Positions 24,201 to 36,168 of a stretch of DNA of 64,000 nucleotides are shown in pieces. The notes beneath the pieces are model-generated. The model did no database searches. It was given only the letters and a program-made list of their open reading frames with translations, and had not been told where the DNA came from. The first letter of the stretch is position 1. Each line of letters begins with the position of its first letter. The translations under genes and the position numbers were made by a program. The stretch comes from Vitrella brassicaformis CCMP3155 (taxonomy: Eukaryota; Protista; Chromerida), in assembly GCA_001179505.1 (NCBI GenBank), contig CDMY01000212.1, positions 102,587 to 166,586 of the forward strand, written 5' to 3'.

Positions 24201-24776
24201 GATGCGCGTGGTGTGCAGGTGGGTTATGTGTATCGGTTTGACGTGTTGCCCAAGAAGGGCGCGGCAGCCGTCTCTTTCACCATCGACCTCAAGAATGGTC
24301 AGCCGGCGCACACATAAAGGATTGTTGTGGCTTGCTTGAACCGTTGTGGTGTGACGCGGCGTGGCGTGGCGTGGCGTGATTTGTGTATCAGCTCCTGGCA
24401 AAATTGCCGAGGGAGCGCCGGAGGAGTGCGATGCCCACTTCACTATGGTCAGTCCGCACAGAAGAAAGAGAGACCGCAGGCAACCACGGAGAGAATTACT
24501 GCGTGTGTGTGCTCTGTGTGTGCAGGTCGATGAGGACTTCGTCAGCGTGGTGACGGGCAAGCTCAACCCGCAGATCGCCTTCATGCAGGTACACACACAC
24601 ATGAGCAGCCAAAGACACCGCATCCACTCCATCCCTGTGCACACACATCACATGCATTATGTGTCTTGTCTGGTTGTGTCGCTGGTTGTGTGAAGGGCAA
24701 GATGAAGGTCAAGGGCAGCATGAAGGCCGCCATGAAGTTCACACCGGACCTCTTCCCCGCACCATCCAAGCTGTGA
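21223..24776 (+). CDS. HAD-2SCP-2: Peroxisomal D-3-hydroxyacyl-CoA dehydrogenase (MFE-2/HSD17B4-type SDR) fused to two SCP-2 domains, with PTS1
   Basis: [42 protein letters not shown] (YxxxK); two SCP2 repeats ending [18 protein letters not shown]; C-terminal -SKL stop; no hydratase domain. Same architecture as Toxoplasma HAD-2SCP-2. Confidence 0.92.
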
Positions 24777-25472
24777 CGGACGAAGGAAGAGACGCAGTAT
24801 ACACACACATGCAGCCAGACAGACAGACAGACAGACAGCTGCCAAGGGGAAGGACGATATGGGTGATATGGGGGTATCTGTGTGCATATTTGCACTAAGT
24901 CTATCTGCCCCGTGCACTGCACACGACATGCGTGGGCCTTTCTCCATTGGTCCGGCCGACAGTGAGTGAGTGGCCGAGTGCCTGGGTATTTTCTGTATGT
25001 CCGAGTGGCAGTACACACCCTTTTTCAAGGTGGTCTGTGTAACTTTGTGTGTGTGTTGGTGGGGCCAGACAGTGAGTGCGTTTGTGCGTGTGATGCATTC
25101 ATTGCCTGGACATCAGCACACGAGGGGGTGTGGGTGGATCGTTCAGTGGTGACTTTATTCATGGCAGTGCAGTGGCTGCCTCCACTCCAGCTGTGAATTC
25201 AGTTCTCGTGGGTGTGTCTCTTTCAAAAACATCATCCAACACACAGGCGCCATGTGTCCATGCCGCAATGCAGTGCCGCCATCGATGTGTGCGTGTGCAT
25301 GGTGTGTCTCGTCACTTACCCAGTCGGCGTGTGTGTGACGAGTGTCCGTCGTCTTTACATATGTGCGTGTGTGTGTGTGTGTGAATTGCATGACCCTGTG
25401 TGTCTGACTGGTTGGTCGAGCAAGCTAAGCTACTTGTGGTCCCGGCCCGCACGTCAGAGCCGCCGTCACCAG

Positions 25473-26300
25473 CTAGCTACCACCGTCTGCACACATCACA
25501 TGCAGACAGACAGTATACACATGTGCATATGATGGATGTCTGCTGCACCCACCCACCTGCTGTCTTGCGCACGACGCAGACGGCGTCCCAGGCCTTTTTG
25601 TTGACGGTGCTGATGACGCCGGTGTGGACCTCACAGTCGCCCTTCTTATGGTTGATCTCATACCCGGTGCACGACGGGGTGTCGAGGCACTTGTCGGCGC
25701 ACTTCTTGTGCATCTCCTTCTTCTTGCCCTTGGCGTCGTCGAATGTGTACTTCGTGTAGTCCCCCTCCTCGTTCTTGCACGCCCCCGGGTCGCACCGACA
25801 AGCACCGCCTGACGGCCTCTCTGATCAGATCAAAGGCAGGCAATTAAGGCATGCGTGGCCGAGTGGATGCATATGGACGATTGATTCCTTTGTCACCGAA
25901 TTCGCTATCTTGCAGGCCCCGTAGTTTGCTGTAAGTCTCAGCCTGCACACAGATGGACAAAAGAGAGAGAGGGCAGATCCATCCATATTCCATCCGCCCT
26001 CACCACAATGCGGACGTCGGAAGCGGTGACCGTCAGATCTTTCTCCCGGAACACGATTCCCGCAACCCCTGCGGGCAAATGGACAGATGCCACCATAGAT
26101 CTAGCGTGCCGTGGTGTGTGTGGCCATCATCCATCCATACCATGCTGTGTGTGGTCTTCAACGCCACTGTCATTCTCAGCGGCCACGCTGGCGATGTTCA
26201 CCCGGTCATGGACGCCCACACCATCGCTGGCATGCGTCGTGGGCAGGCTGGTGAGGCCAACAAGGCCAGCAGCAACGACAATCAACGCAAAGAGGCGCAT
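25473..26300 (-). CDS. Secreted PAN/Apple-like domain protein (about 5 exons)
   Basis: Signal MRLFALIVVAAGLVGLTSLPTTHA; in-frame splicing to GACR...KKCADKCLDTPSCTGYEINHKKGDCEVH...AVC (CxxxCxxxxxCxGY..C PAN pattern). Confidence 0.7.
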
Positions 26301-26367
26301 CTTCTCCGCGTCTGGCTTGGCCGAAATCCTCTGTGGGCTAGGATGCGCCCCCCGGTATTACAACTTG

Positions 26368-27392
26368 AAGATGCTGGCTGAGCCGACTGATTTCCCGCCA
26401 GAGTGCCAGCGTGACTACTCCGTCCAGTGTTCCAAGTCCTTTTTCCCTGTCTCCACACAGGTAGCGTGCATCCAATGGCTGCACTGCATGATGTGACGCT
26501 GTCTTACCTGTGTGTCACTTTAGTGCTGGGCGAAGCCATCCTACAGTGGTCCCTGCGAGCGCAAGCAGCGAGGCATGGCTCAGATGAGCGACGAGCAGAA
26601 GGAGTCCTGGAGCATCGCGTGCGAGGACAACTACCCATGCCTGCCCGAACAATGTCCGCGAGGAACGGATTGGGAGCGCACTTGTCCAGCGGGGTAATGC
26701 TCCCCAACAAACACACACACACACACACTGATCTATCTGTCTTCATGCTACATCCTTGCAGCTGGCGCCATGTGTCCGGCGGGCTGTGTGTGGCGCCAGC
26801 TGACTTTGACCAATGCGACGCCAAGGTGCAGTTCGCCGCCTTCTCTTTGCAAGACAAACACGCATTCGCACAGAAATGCGGTCAGTCAGTGCACTGAGCA
26901 AGACACTTCGACATGTGCAATCGTCCGTCTACATGCAGGTGTGCGGTGGCCATGCCGGCGTCTCTCGTGCGCGCGAGACTACTCATCGGTAAGAGTGGAA
27001 CAAACAAGAAGACAAGCATGCAGAGAGACACACCAACACGCCCTTGTATGTGTATCTGTGTAGGTGTGTCCCGAATACTGGCACGATGAGGGGGACTCCA
27101 TCTGCCACGCCAACCCCAACATCTACACCGGGCCGTGTCCCATGTAAGTCAGTGGCCCACTCCATCCCACACATCACACAGAGACGCCCCAATGCACTGC
27201 ACGCATTACATGTGTGTCTTGTCGTGTCCGTCCGGCAGGTACGCCAATCTGACAGGCTTCGACAACGAGCTCAAGGAGAACTTCGAGATCGTTTGCTTCG
27301 TCGCTTGGCCGTGCGCTTCACTGTGTGAGCGGGACTTCTCGGCCAAATGTCCGCTCGCCTGGCGGCTCCTTTGCCCGTGGATGTATGGATGA
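26368..27392 (+). pseudogene. 5'- and 3'-truncated inverted duplicate of the CPW-WPC gene
   Basis: 26368-27366 is the near-identical reverse complement of 28185-29196, introns included. It lacks the signal-peptide exons and runs into a stop (CPLAWRLLCPWMYG*) at 27390-27392. Confidence 0.8.
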
Positions 27393-27493
27393 ATGAATAC
27401 GCTCATGCATTGCATTTGGGTCTTGTGGTCATCTCCCCGCATTCAGCCATGCACGGACTCTTTCTTTCTTCTTGTTCTCTTGATGAATGTCGC

Positions 27494-29942
27494 TCAGCGA
27501 GTGAGGGCGTGTGTGGCTGCAGCGGCGTGGAGGTGCTGCTTGAGCCACCGGTACTCACCCAAACTGACGAGACACAAATACACACAGACAGGGAGAGACA
27601 CGCAGGCACTTCAGTGCACTCCTTCCCATCTGTCCATCTGCCCGGCTGACCAGGGCCAGTCGGCGTCGCATTCGGCGGCCTTCTTGCGTTTGGCCTTTAC
27701 AGTGCACACACAACACAACACACGCACATACGTATGGGACCATGGGTGTGTGTATGCGGCGAGTGTGGTTTGTGGTACATACGTCATCGGATGCGTCGTG
27801 TGCCAAGGTGATGTTGGTGCAGACGCCTTTGTAGCCCTCGGGCGGCAAACAGGTCACGCCGCCTGCTGTCACGCCCGCGTCCATCCAGTCGATCGGGCAT
27901 CTGAAATTGCACACACAGAAGGAAGGCACACACATGATGAAGTATAACTTTCTTCTTAGCTTATTCAGTGTCTGTCGCTACGTGCGGCGTAACGTGCCTG
28001 CTGGTGTAGTCGCGAGTGCATGTCTTGCGTGAGAGACAAGGGAAGTCCAGCTCACACTCATACGCCGCGCTCGCCACGCTGGCGGGCGGCAGGTCGGTGA
28101 AAGATCGGCGGGTTGGGCAGGCTGCGAAGCCGCGGGCCGGCAGGTAGACAGAGAGGGGGGCGAGGCACGTGCCGTCACTCAGGTGCCGCCAGGCGAGCGG
28201 ACATTTGGCCGAGAAGTTCCGCTCACACAGTGAAGCGCACGGCCAAGCGACGAAGCAAACGATCTCGAAGTTCTCCTTGATCTCGTTGTCGAAGCCCGTC
28301 AGATTGGCGTACCTGCCGGACGGACACGACAAGACACACGTGTAATGCGTGCAGTGCATTGGGGCGTCTCTGTGTGATGTGTGGGATGGAGTGGGCCACT
28401 GACTTACATGGGACACGGCCCGGTGTAGATGTTGGGGTTGGCGTGGCAGATGGAGTCCCCCTCATCGTGCCAGTATTCGGGACACACCTACACAGATACA
28501 CATACAAGGGCGTGTTGGTGTGTCTCTCTGCATGCTTGTCTTCTTGTTTGTTCCACTCTTACCGATGACTAGTCTCGCGCGCACGAGAGACGCCGGCATG
28601 GCCACCGCACACCTGCATGTAGACGGACGGTTGCACATGTCGAAGTGTCTTGCTCAGTGCACTGACTGACCGCATTTCTGTGCGAATGCGTGTTTGTCTT
28701 GCAAAGAGAAGGCGGCGAACTGCACCTTGGCGTCGCATTGGTCAAAGTCAGCTGGCGCCACACACAGCCCGCCGGACACATGGCGCCAGCTGCAAGGATG
28801 TATCATGAAGACAGATAGATCAGTGTGTGTGTGTGTGTGTTTGTTGGGGAGCATTACCCCGCTGGACAAGTGCGCTCCCAATCCGTTCCTCGCGGACATT
28901 GTTCGGGCAGGCATGGGTAGTTGTCCTCGCACGCGATGCTCCAGGACTCCTTCTGCTCGTCGCTCATCTGAGCCATGCCTCGCTGCTTGCGCTCGCAGGG
29001 ACCACTGTAGGATGGCTTCGCCCAGCACTAAAGTGACACACCCGGGAAATAAATACATGCAGTGACACACACGTCATGCCATGCAGCCATTGGATGGCAC
29101 TACCTGGGTGGAGACAGGGAAGAAGGACTTTGAACACTGGACGGGGTAGTCACGCTGGCACTCTGACGGGAAATCAGTCGGCTCAGCCAGCATCTTGTCG
29201 AGGGCCTCTTGCTTGAGCTCAGTTGGCTGTCGATGCATCAGAGATTGGTGCATGCAGACGCGATGGGTGGCTGTGTGTGGATCTCCACCTGTTCGCGCTT
29301 TTCGAGTGTCTCCTTGAGCGCATCGATCTCTTTTCTCTTCATCTCGTCCTGCGGGAACGATGGATGCACACAGCGTGTGTAATCTGTGTGCGTGTGTGTT
29401 TTACGCCTTGTGGGTCGTCTCCCAGCATGTCTGACTCACTAAACGTCTCTGAATGATCACAGACAGACAGACAGACAGACAGACAGAAGGTGAGACACGC
29501 GTGTATTCACGGACAATCTGTGGTTGTTTGTGTGTGTTGGTGCCTTCAGCGCTGATGATTGCTGAGAGGGGCCCTCCGATTTTGCTCGAGCGGCGCTTGT
29601 CTGCGTCGGTCTGCGGCGGCGCCTTGAAAGGCGGATTCTCTTCACAAAACACACAACCAGTACAACGACATGCATGGGAGGCATTTTGATCGTACCTTTG
29701 TGGAACTGTGCCTCAGCTGCACCCTCAGCGCCCCTCAGTGCAGTGGCCGCGTTCGTGCCGATTGCATCTGTTTCCTTGTCGAGCTCCATCGGACTTTCCT
29801 TGGTGCTGCCGGGCTCATCTGCGGATGTGTCGATCGGGATGGTGGCTTTCGATGGTTTGAATGGCTGTCTCTTGAGGATGGACACGCTGGACACGCAATG
29901 AGCGGTGGCCGCAATGAGACACAGAAGCAGCAGGCGCACCAT
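27494..29942 (-). CDS. CPW-WPC family secreted/surface protein, intact copy
   Basis: Signal MVRLLLLCLIAATAHC; repeated CxRDY...CPxxW...CxAP..Y.GPC...WPC units (CARDYSSVCPEYW, CERNFSAKCPLAW, CPIDW...YKGVC, ECDADWPC); stop at 27494-27496. Confidence 0.88.
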
Positions 29943-30239
29943 CGTGTCTCGCTCCCTGGTGTCTTTGCCTCAGCGCGGTCTCTCTGTCTCTCTTTAATTT
30001 CCGTGTGGTGTGTACTGCGCCACGTACTAATACACACACATACAATACATCCAGGAACATTTCATTCAGCCAGGTAAGGTAAAGCGCCTCGATCATCGTC
30101 AGTGTCTCACACGTGCACGTCACCCTCATTGCCATCATTGCCTGCTTGTCTTGTCTGTCGTGTCTCGGGATGAATTAGGTCACTCACTCACTCAGCGACT
30201 CACTCACTGGCAAGTGAGTCCACATGCATCGCATCGCAT

Positions 30240-31725
30240 CTATGCGTCACTCTGCTTGAATCTCGTGAATGCATTCTGGACGAGAGTGGTCTTGGCGACG
30301 AGCGGGTGGTCCGGACACACACTCTTCAGCCGACTGCACAATCACAATCACAATCACACGCAGGTCAGTCAGTCAATCACCCATTCATCAAATCGATCGT
30401 CGATGAGATGAGTGACATTGCTCGCCCACTTGTAGCACTGCTCTGCGTCCTCGTCCTTCCTCAGGTGACGATACACCGCTATCAGATTCGCCAACGTGGG
30501 AATGTCGTCACCATTCTGTTGCTGTGCTCGTTGGAGGTCTTCGAGCGCCTCCTGCCAGTTGGAGCGGGCCATGTTGGCGACCGCCTTGCCGTTCAGCAGC
30601 TGCACCGAACCCAGCGACTTGCTCTCGTCAGCTGCACACGCACATACACACATACAAGCATGCAACCATCCCTTCCCCACACACAGACGTGGTGGTGGAT
30701 GCCATGCTCACCGTCCTCGGTTTCCGTCGGGTACTGTGCTTGCACGTCGCAGTATGTCAGATAAGCCTCCTGGTAGTTGCCCGTCCCTGAGAGAGATGAG
30801 ATGCATGTGGTGTGGATGGCCAGCCGCCATTACAGGAGGACGGACTCACCCTGGTTGACCCAGCACGACGCGAGTTTCGTCACGGCCGCATCCTCGTTGG
30901 TCGAACTCTGACACACACAGACATGCAAAGACACACAAGGGAGCCATTCAGCCATCACGCACGGAGTGACTGACTGCGCGTGAGCGCATACCATTTGCTC
31001 CAGTTTCTGCTCGGCGAGGTCTACGCGGTCCATCAGCATGAGTATCTGGATGTGGAGCGCCTGCCTGCAGACACACAAAATGCAGACACACAGAGAGGCA
31101 GACGCCCGTTGAGAGAGAGAGAGAGCCACCAGGTGGCAGGCAATATTGATTGCTTACATCTCGAGTGTGGGGGTCTGCAGTGTCTCTTGCACGGCCTTCT
31201 GCAGGTCGTCAGAACCAGCCAATAACGCCGCGCTCAGATACTGCGCCGTGGCATCCTTGCTGGACTCACTCAGCTGCTTCACACCCTCCAGCAGCTCCCT
31301 CTTCGCACCCTCCTCCGTCTGAGGGACACACACACAAACAAACGAACCACAATATGGTTCCTGTCTTGCGCACAGGTCAGGCTCACCGTTTGTGCATATT
31401 TGGCTGCGATGGCGACTGCCTGCAGTGAGGGCGACGCGGCGGTTTCCCACTGCCTGATGGTGGCGAGATCTCCCATGGCGACCTTGGCCCTTGCCACGAG
31501 TGCGTCCCTCTCGGCCATGGCCATGTCGTTGTTGGGGAAGGAGCCCTCGGCGAGGCTGATGGCCTTGTCGTAATTGCCCACATAAAAGTGATCACGGGCC
31601 TGTGTGTGAGATAGACAACAAACATACACAACAAACAGGACAGTCAAAGGAAGGAGCAGCAGACGAGAGACAGAAGCTTTGCCTGCCTACTGTCTGCCTA
31701 CTTGCGTCAGCTCGTCCTCGTCCAT
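30240..31725 (-). CDS. COPE: Coatomer subunit epsilon
   Basis: MDEDELTQ|ARDHFYVGNY; QILMLMDRVDLAEQKLEQM; NEDAAVTKLASCW; LLNGKAVANM...WQEALEDLQRA; TLANLI; PDHPLV. Confidence 0.9.
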
Positions 31726-32881
31726 CTTGACGCACAAGGAGCTTAGGACAGTCCGCGGGTTGAGCAAGCAACCCTGCACTCGAAACCCTACTGTTTCACC
31801 TGTCAAGTTTGGCGGCTTCTGTGATGGTTGTAGGAGGTTGACATTCACTTAGCCTTGACAAAGGAAAGATGGCAGTGTTCATCGCACGCAGCATAGGCCT
31901 CCAACAGGGCGGGCAAGCGCTCTCTCCCCGGCCTCGGTGACACAATGGGCATGCAATGCAGACACTCACACCACAAGCAGCGCACAGACAGACACCCACG
32001 GCAAGTCAGTCACTCAGGATCTACAAGATGGCAGCCAGCCCACGCACTCGCACTCTCCCTCACTCCCACACACAAACGCAATCCAATTGTCGGTCGATCC
32101 GTCTTCAGTCTGTCCCTCGGGGGATCAAAAAGATGAGCCCAATCGCCCGTGAGCCAGACACCCCTCCCTCGCAACACACTTTGCACAACCGACACGTCCA
32201 CACACGGCACGACACGAACAGCAGCAGCCCAGCCTGACAGTGACACTCACCCAGTGAAGCAATGAATGGCTCACGCACGCACGCACGCACGATGGATGGA
32301 TGCTTCAGGCAGGCAGATGCAAAAACACTTATCGTTCCCCGACCGAGTAGCTACTGCTTGCCCGCCTCCGATACGACAGACTTGCCTGCCTCCCTGTCTG
32401 AGATTCTTGCCACCCCGTCGGCTCCCGCCTTCTCTGGTCAAACACCACCGAACGACACACAACAAGACAGACAGACGGCTAGGTGCGCACTGGTCATAAA
32501 CCAGTGCAGTGCACGGCGGTCGCTGCCTTGCAGAGCTTGCAGGCTGGCTGTCAGAGAGAGGGGGACGGGAGAGGGGAGTGAATGAGCAGACAGGTCGGGA
32601 GAGGAGAGAAGTGCTACAGGGGAAAAGATTCGATCACCCAGTCAGTCAGTCAGTCAGCCAGTCAGTCGACCACCCAACCCACACGCAGTGTCAGCCACTT
32701 AGTTATCACCACACCACACGCACACGCACCCAAAAGCAGCCACCCGCCCGCCCGTCCAGGAAGTCACAATGAATGAAATGCAGCCGACCGCAACACGACC
32801 AACCGACCGACCACCCAGTCTGTGGCCGAAGTGCACTCGCGATGGCGATGGCTGCTCGTGGCTGTCTGTCACGGTGTCCTC

Positions 32882-33110
32882 TTAGGCGCCGTGCACCTTG
32901 ACGTGCTCCTTCTCCACCAGACCCTCGCTGATCAGGAACTCAGCTATCTTGTGCCTGCGCCATTCATTCACAAGCCAAGCACAACAAACGTGTGTGTGAG
33001 GAAAGAGCGCCTCTCTCTGGGTCGTGTGTGACTCACCGGTGGTCGCCCTGCACCTGGATCACATGCCCTAGTTCAGGGTCATCGACGATCGTGCCATTGC
33101 AGTTGAAGTT

Positions 33111-33158
<48 letters not shown>

Positions 33159-33534
33159 CCATGAGCGCGTGCCACGTGCCGACTGACATTCGTACCTTCT
33201 TGAAGGCCTTGAGGAGTTTTTTGTAGTCGAATTGTGTGGAGAGTCCCTGAATGGTGGTCAGAGACTTCCGGCCGTTGCGCTGCTGATTGCGAATGTGGAC
33301 GTAGTTGGCACCACCTCCAGGCAGGGAATCTCCAACACCATCGGCGCCTTCGTCAGCAAAGGGATCTGATGGACAGACGGACGAATCAAGCAAGTCACCA
33401 CACACAATCAGACAGACAGATCGACATTAAGACACACGTGGGTCAGGTTAGAGGTGAGGAAGCTGCCCGTGCCCGTCTCGCGTGGGTGCTCTCTTACCGA
33501 TGCCGCCCAGTTTACCGAGGGTATCGACGCTCAT
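32882..33534 (-). CDS. SUI1: Translation initiation factor eIF1 (SUI1), 4 coding exons plus a 5'-UTR intron
   Basis: DPFAD...YVHIRNQQRNGRKSLTTIQGL...YKKLLKAFKK|NFNCNGTIVDDPELGHVIQVQGDHR...KVHGA*. Confidence 0.95.
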
Positions 33535-34127
33535 GCAAGCAGATAACCTGAGTGAGACACGACAACACACATCATCACCGCCCGTCCCCAGCACATGTGA
33601 TTGAGACACTCCATGCAAGGCACCAAGCAAGCATCCTCCCGCACCACTGCCTCCCCCACACCCACACACACCGTCCTGTCTTCCCCCCTGCCCCTCTCTC
33701 GCCCGCCTCCTAGCCAGAGAGGCACACTATGCTGGCGGAACGGCCACTGACGGTCTTCTGACTGTGCGCACGGCACCCCTCCTGCCTCCCCGTCGCCCTG
33801 TGTCCCCTCTCTGACTACACGTGTGTGTGTACGTGCCCACCTTCTGTGTGTGATAGGACTCCGCCCGCTGGGATGCTCTTCGAACGCGAACTCGCTGGTA
33901 CTCTAGTACTTCGACAGCCGAGGCGATAGAAAGGAACAGAAACTCACGTAGACAGACAGGTAGCTGCAATTGGCGAGCTATCTTGCGAGCCGAAGTGCGA
34001 GCTTCACGACAGGAATGCGTACTTCGCAGCATTCGAGTTAATTAGCGAGTCTGCAGCACTCTGACTAGCCTACGGCTGCCCTCACTCGAACTCTCACAGT
34101 CGGCACTTCCAGGACGTTCTGACCTCC

Positions 34128-34969
34128 ATGACCGCCTATGTGGCCCACGCCGGACGTCCAATATTGGACAGCGGCGCCGCCCGGAAGCCCACCCGGCCCC
34201 AGCACCCCAGAGGCTCTCCTCCCAAGGCCGCACACCCCGCACACAAACCGCAAGCGGCACCCGACCAGCCACGGCTGCTGAAGCCCGTCCAAGTGGACGA
34301 CTGGGCGACGCTGACAGCGCTCGACAAGCAGGATGCACTGCGTCAGGACTTGAGGCGGCGCATCGAGTTGGTCAAGGCCAGCATGGAGGTGGGCTCTCAA
34401 GAGACGAGGGCGGAGGTTGAGCACTGGAAGGAGAGGATAACGGAGCTCAGGATGGGGGAGGGGGAGGAGCATCGCGGACGGAGGGAGGAGAAAGACACCC
34501 TCGTCAGCGCCATCAACGAGTGTAAAGGTGGGTGAGCGATCTCTGCCAGGCAAACAGGCCTTCCATCTCTGTGTCTTGTGTTGTGTTGTGTATGTCAGCT
34601 CGGCAGGCGAAGCAACGGGCCTTGCTGGCTGAGCGTGAGCGCACTCTGGCGGCCATCCGAGAGGCCAATCAGGCCAAGAAAGCCGCCCTCGCCCACACCC
34701 GCGCCACCGTCCTCGAGCCCGCCCGCCACCACAACCGGTGTCTGGCCCACGACCTGCAGCAGAAAAGGCACCAGAACAACCACCAGGCCGAGGAGGACAC
34801 GCAGCGGCGCGCGCGGGACAAGGACCTGAGCAGCGTGAGCCGGAAGCGCGATGCTGTCGAGTGGCTGCGGCACATGGTGATGGATGAGGAGACGTCGCTG
34901 AATGTGCTGCATGCCATTGAGAGAAAGCTGCTGGAGCACCACTTTAATAGCCGCCGGCCGCGGAAATAG
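34128..34969 (+). CDS. Hypothetical coiled-coil protein (2 exons)
   Basis: The 135-aa and 145-aa ORFs join in frame through a phase-1 GT-AG intron (ECK|ARQAKQR); Glu/Arg/Gln-rich helical sequence. Confidence 0.6.
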
Positions 34970-35868
34970 CCGGGCGACGGCCGTCTATCACATGCCCCCG
35001 CACGACCATCAGCAGCTGCACCAGCACCAGCACCAGCATCACGGAGAGAGAGGGGCGGCGGCAATGCGCAGCAGTGATATCGGCCAATCCTGCGGACAGG
35101 TATGGGGGTCTCTGTAACACCCAGAGGCTGTGCGTGTCTGTTCGTGTGTCGGCTGAGTGTCATGGCTGTGTGCCGTGGCTGATTGATATCAATGGCCGGC
35201 CCTCTTTCTTTCAAGAGAGAGCGAGTATTGCGTGCTGCGTGCCGTGCGTGGTATCATCAGGGGGGCCCTGCCCTCCCTCTTGTGCTGTCTGTGTGCGTGT
35301 AAATACCTATCTGTTTTTCGGAAGGTGGCGAGTGTGGCCATGTGGCCAGCGGCGGTTGTGTTAACCCTGTTAGGTGAGGCCCCTCTCTCTCTCTCTGTCT
35401 TACCACTGAGTGCTGAATTGCGTGCGTAGCTTTGCCTCACTGTCTGCCTGTCTGCCTGGGACACACACGGTGTGGTACGTTTTTGTGTGTGATGGCACAT
35501 GACTGCGATCGCATGGGACACTGATTGATGCCTGGCCTGAGTGGGTAAGATTTCACTTCTTGCCGCCCTGCCCTGTGTGTGCCGGGATGATCGATCAATC
35601 AGCCAAGACACGTCCCACCAACAAACACACCACACCATACCGCCACCACACCACATCACGCAACGCAACGGAACACGCCCAATCAGTCAAAACTCCCCCA
35701 AACAAGACAAGACAACATGAGACAACACAAACATTCAAAGGGCGAAGCGAGTGTGCAGGTGAATGCATGCAGCGGGGAGGGGGGGAGGGGGCGGGGGGCA
35801 TACACACATCCACACATGCACCCTCAGACAGACAAGACACAGGAAGGGCAAGTTGGGGGGGGGGGGGG

Positions 35869-36168
35869 NNNNNNNNNNNNNNNNNNNNNNNNNNNNNNNN
35901 NNNNNNNNNNNNNNNNNNNNNNNNNNNNNNNNNNNNNNNNNNNNNNNNNNNNNNNNNNNNNNNNNNNNNNNNNNNNNNNNNNNNNNNNNNNNNNNNNNNN
36001 NNNNNNNNNNNNNNNNNNNNNNNNNNNNNNNNNNNNNNNNNNNNNNNNNNNNNNNNNNNNNNNNNNNNNNNNNNNNNNNNNNNNNNNNNNNNNNNNNNNN
36101 NNNNNNNNNNNNNNNNNNNNNNNNNNNNNNNNNNNNNNNNNNNNNNNNNNNNNNNNNNNNNNNNNNNN
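35869..36168. other. Assembly gap (300 N) flanked by poly-G
   Basis: Exactly 300 Ns with G-runs on both sides. Confidence 0.98.

Noticed and set aside
5079-24776. Sterol/lipid gene cluster (Patched-like SSD protein plus HAD-2SCP-2)
   Set aside because: They are about 8.5 kb apart with unrelated genes between; there is no evidence of co-regulation.
26008-26367. New chimeric N-terminus fused in frame to the CPW-WPC duplicate (162-aa ORF)
   Set aside because: This segment is the antisense of the PAN gene's signal-peptide exons; the open frame is most likely incidental.
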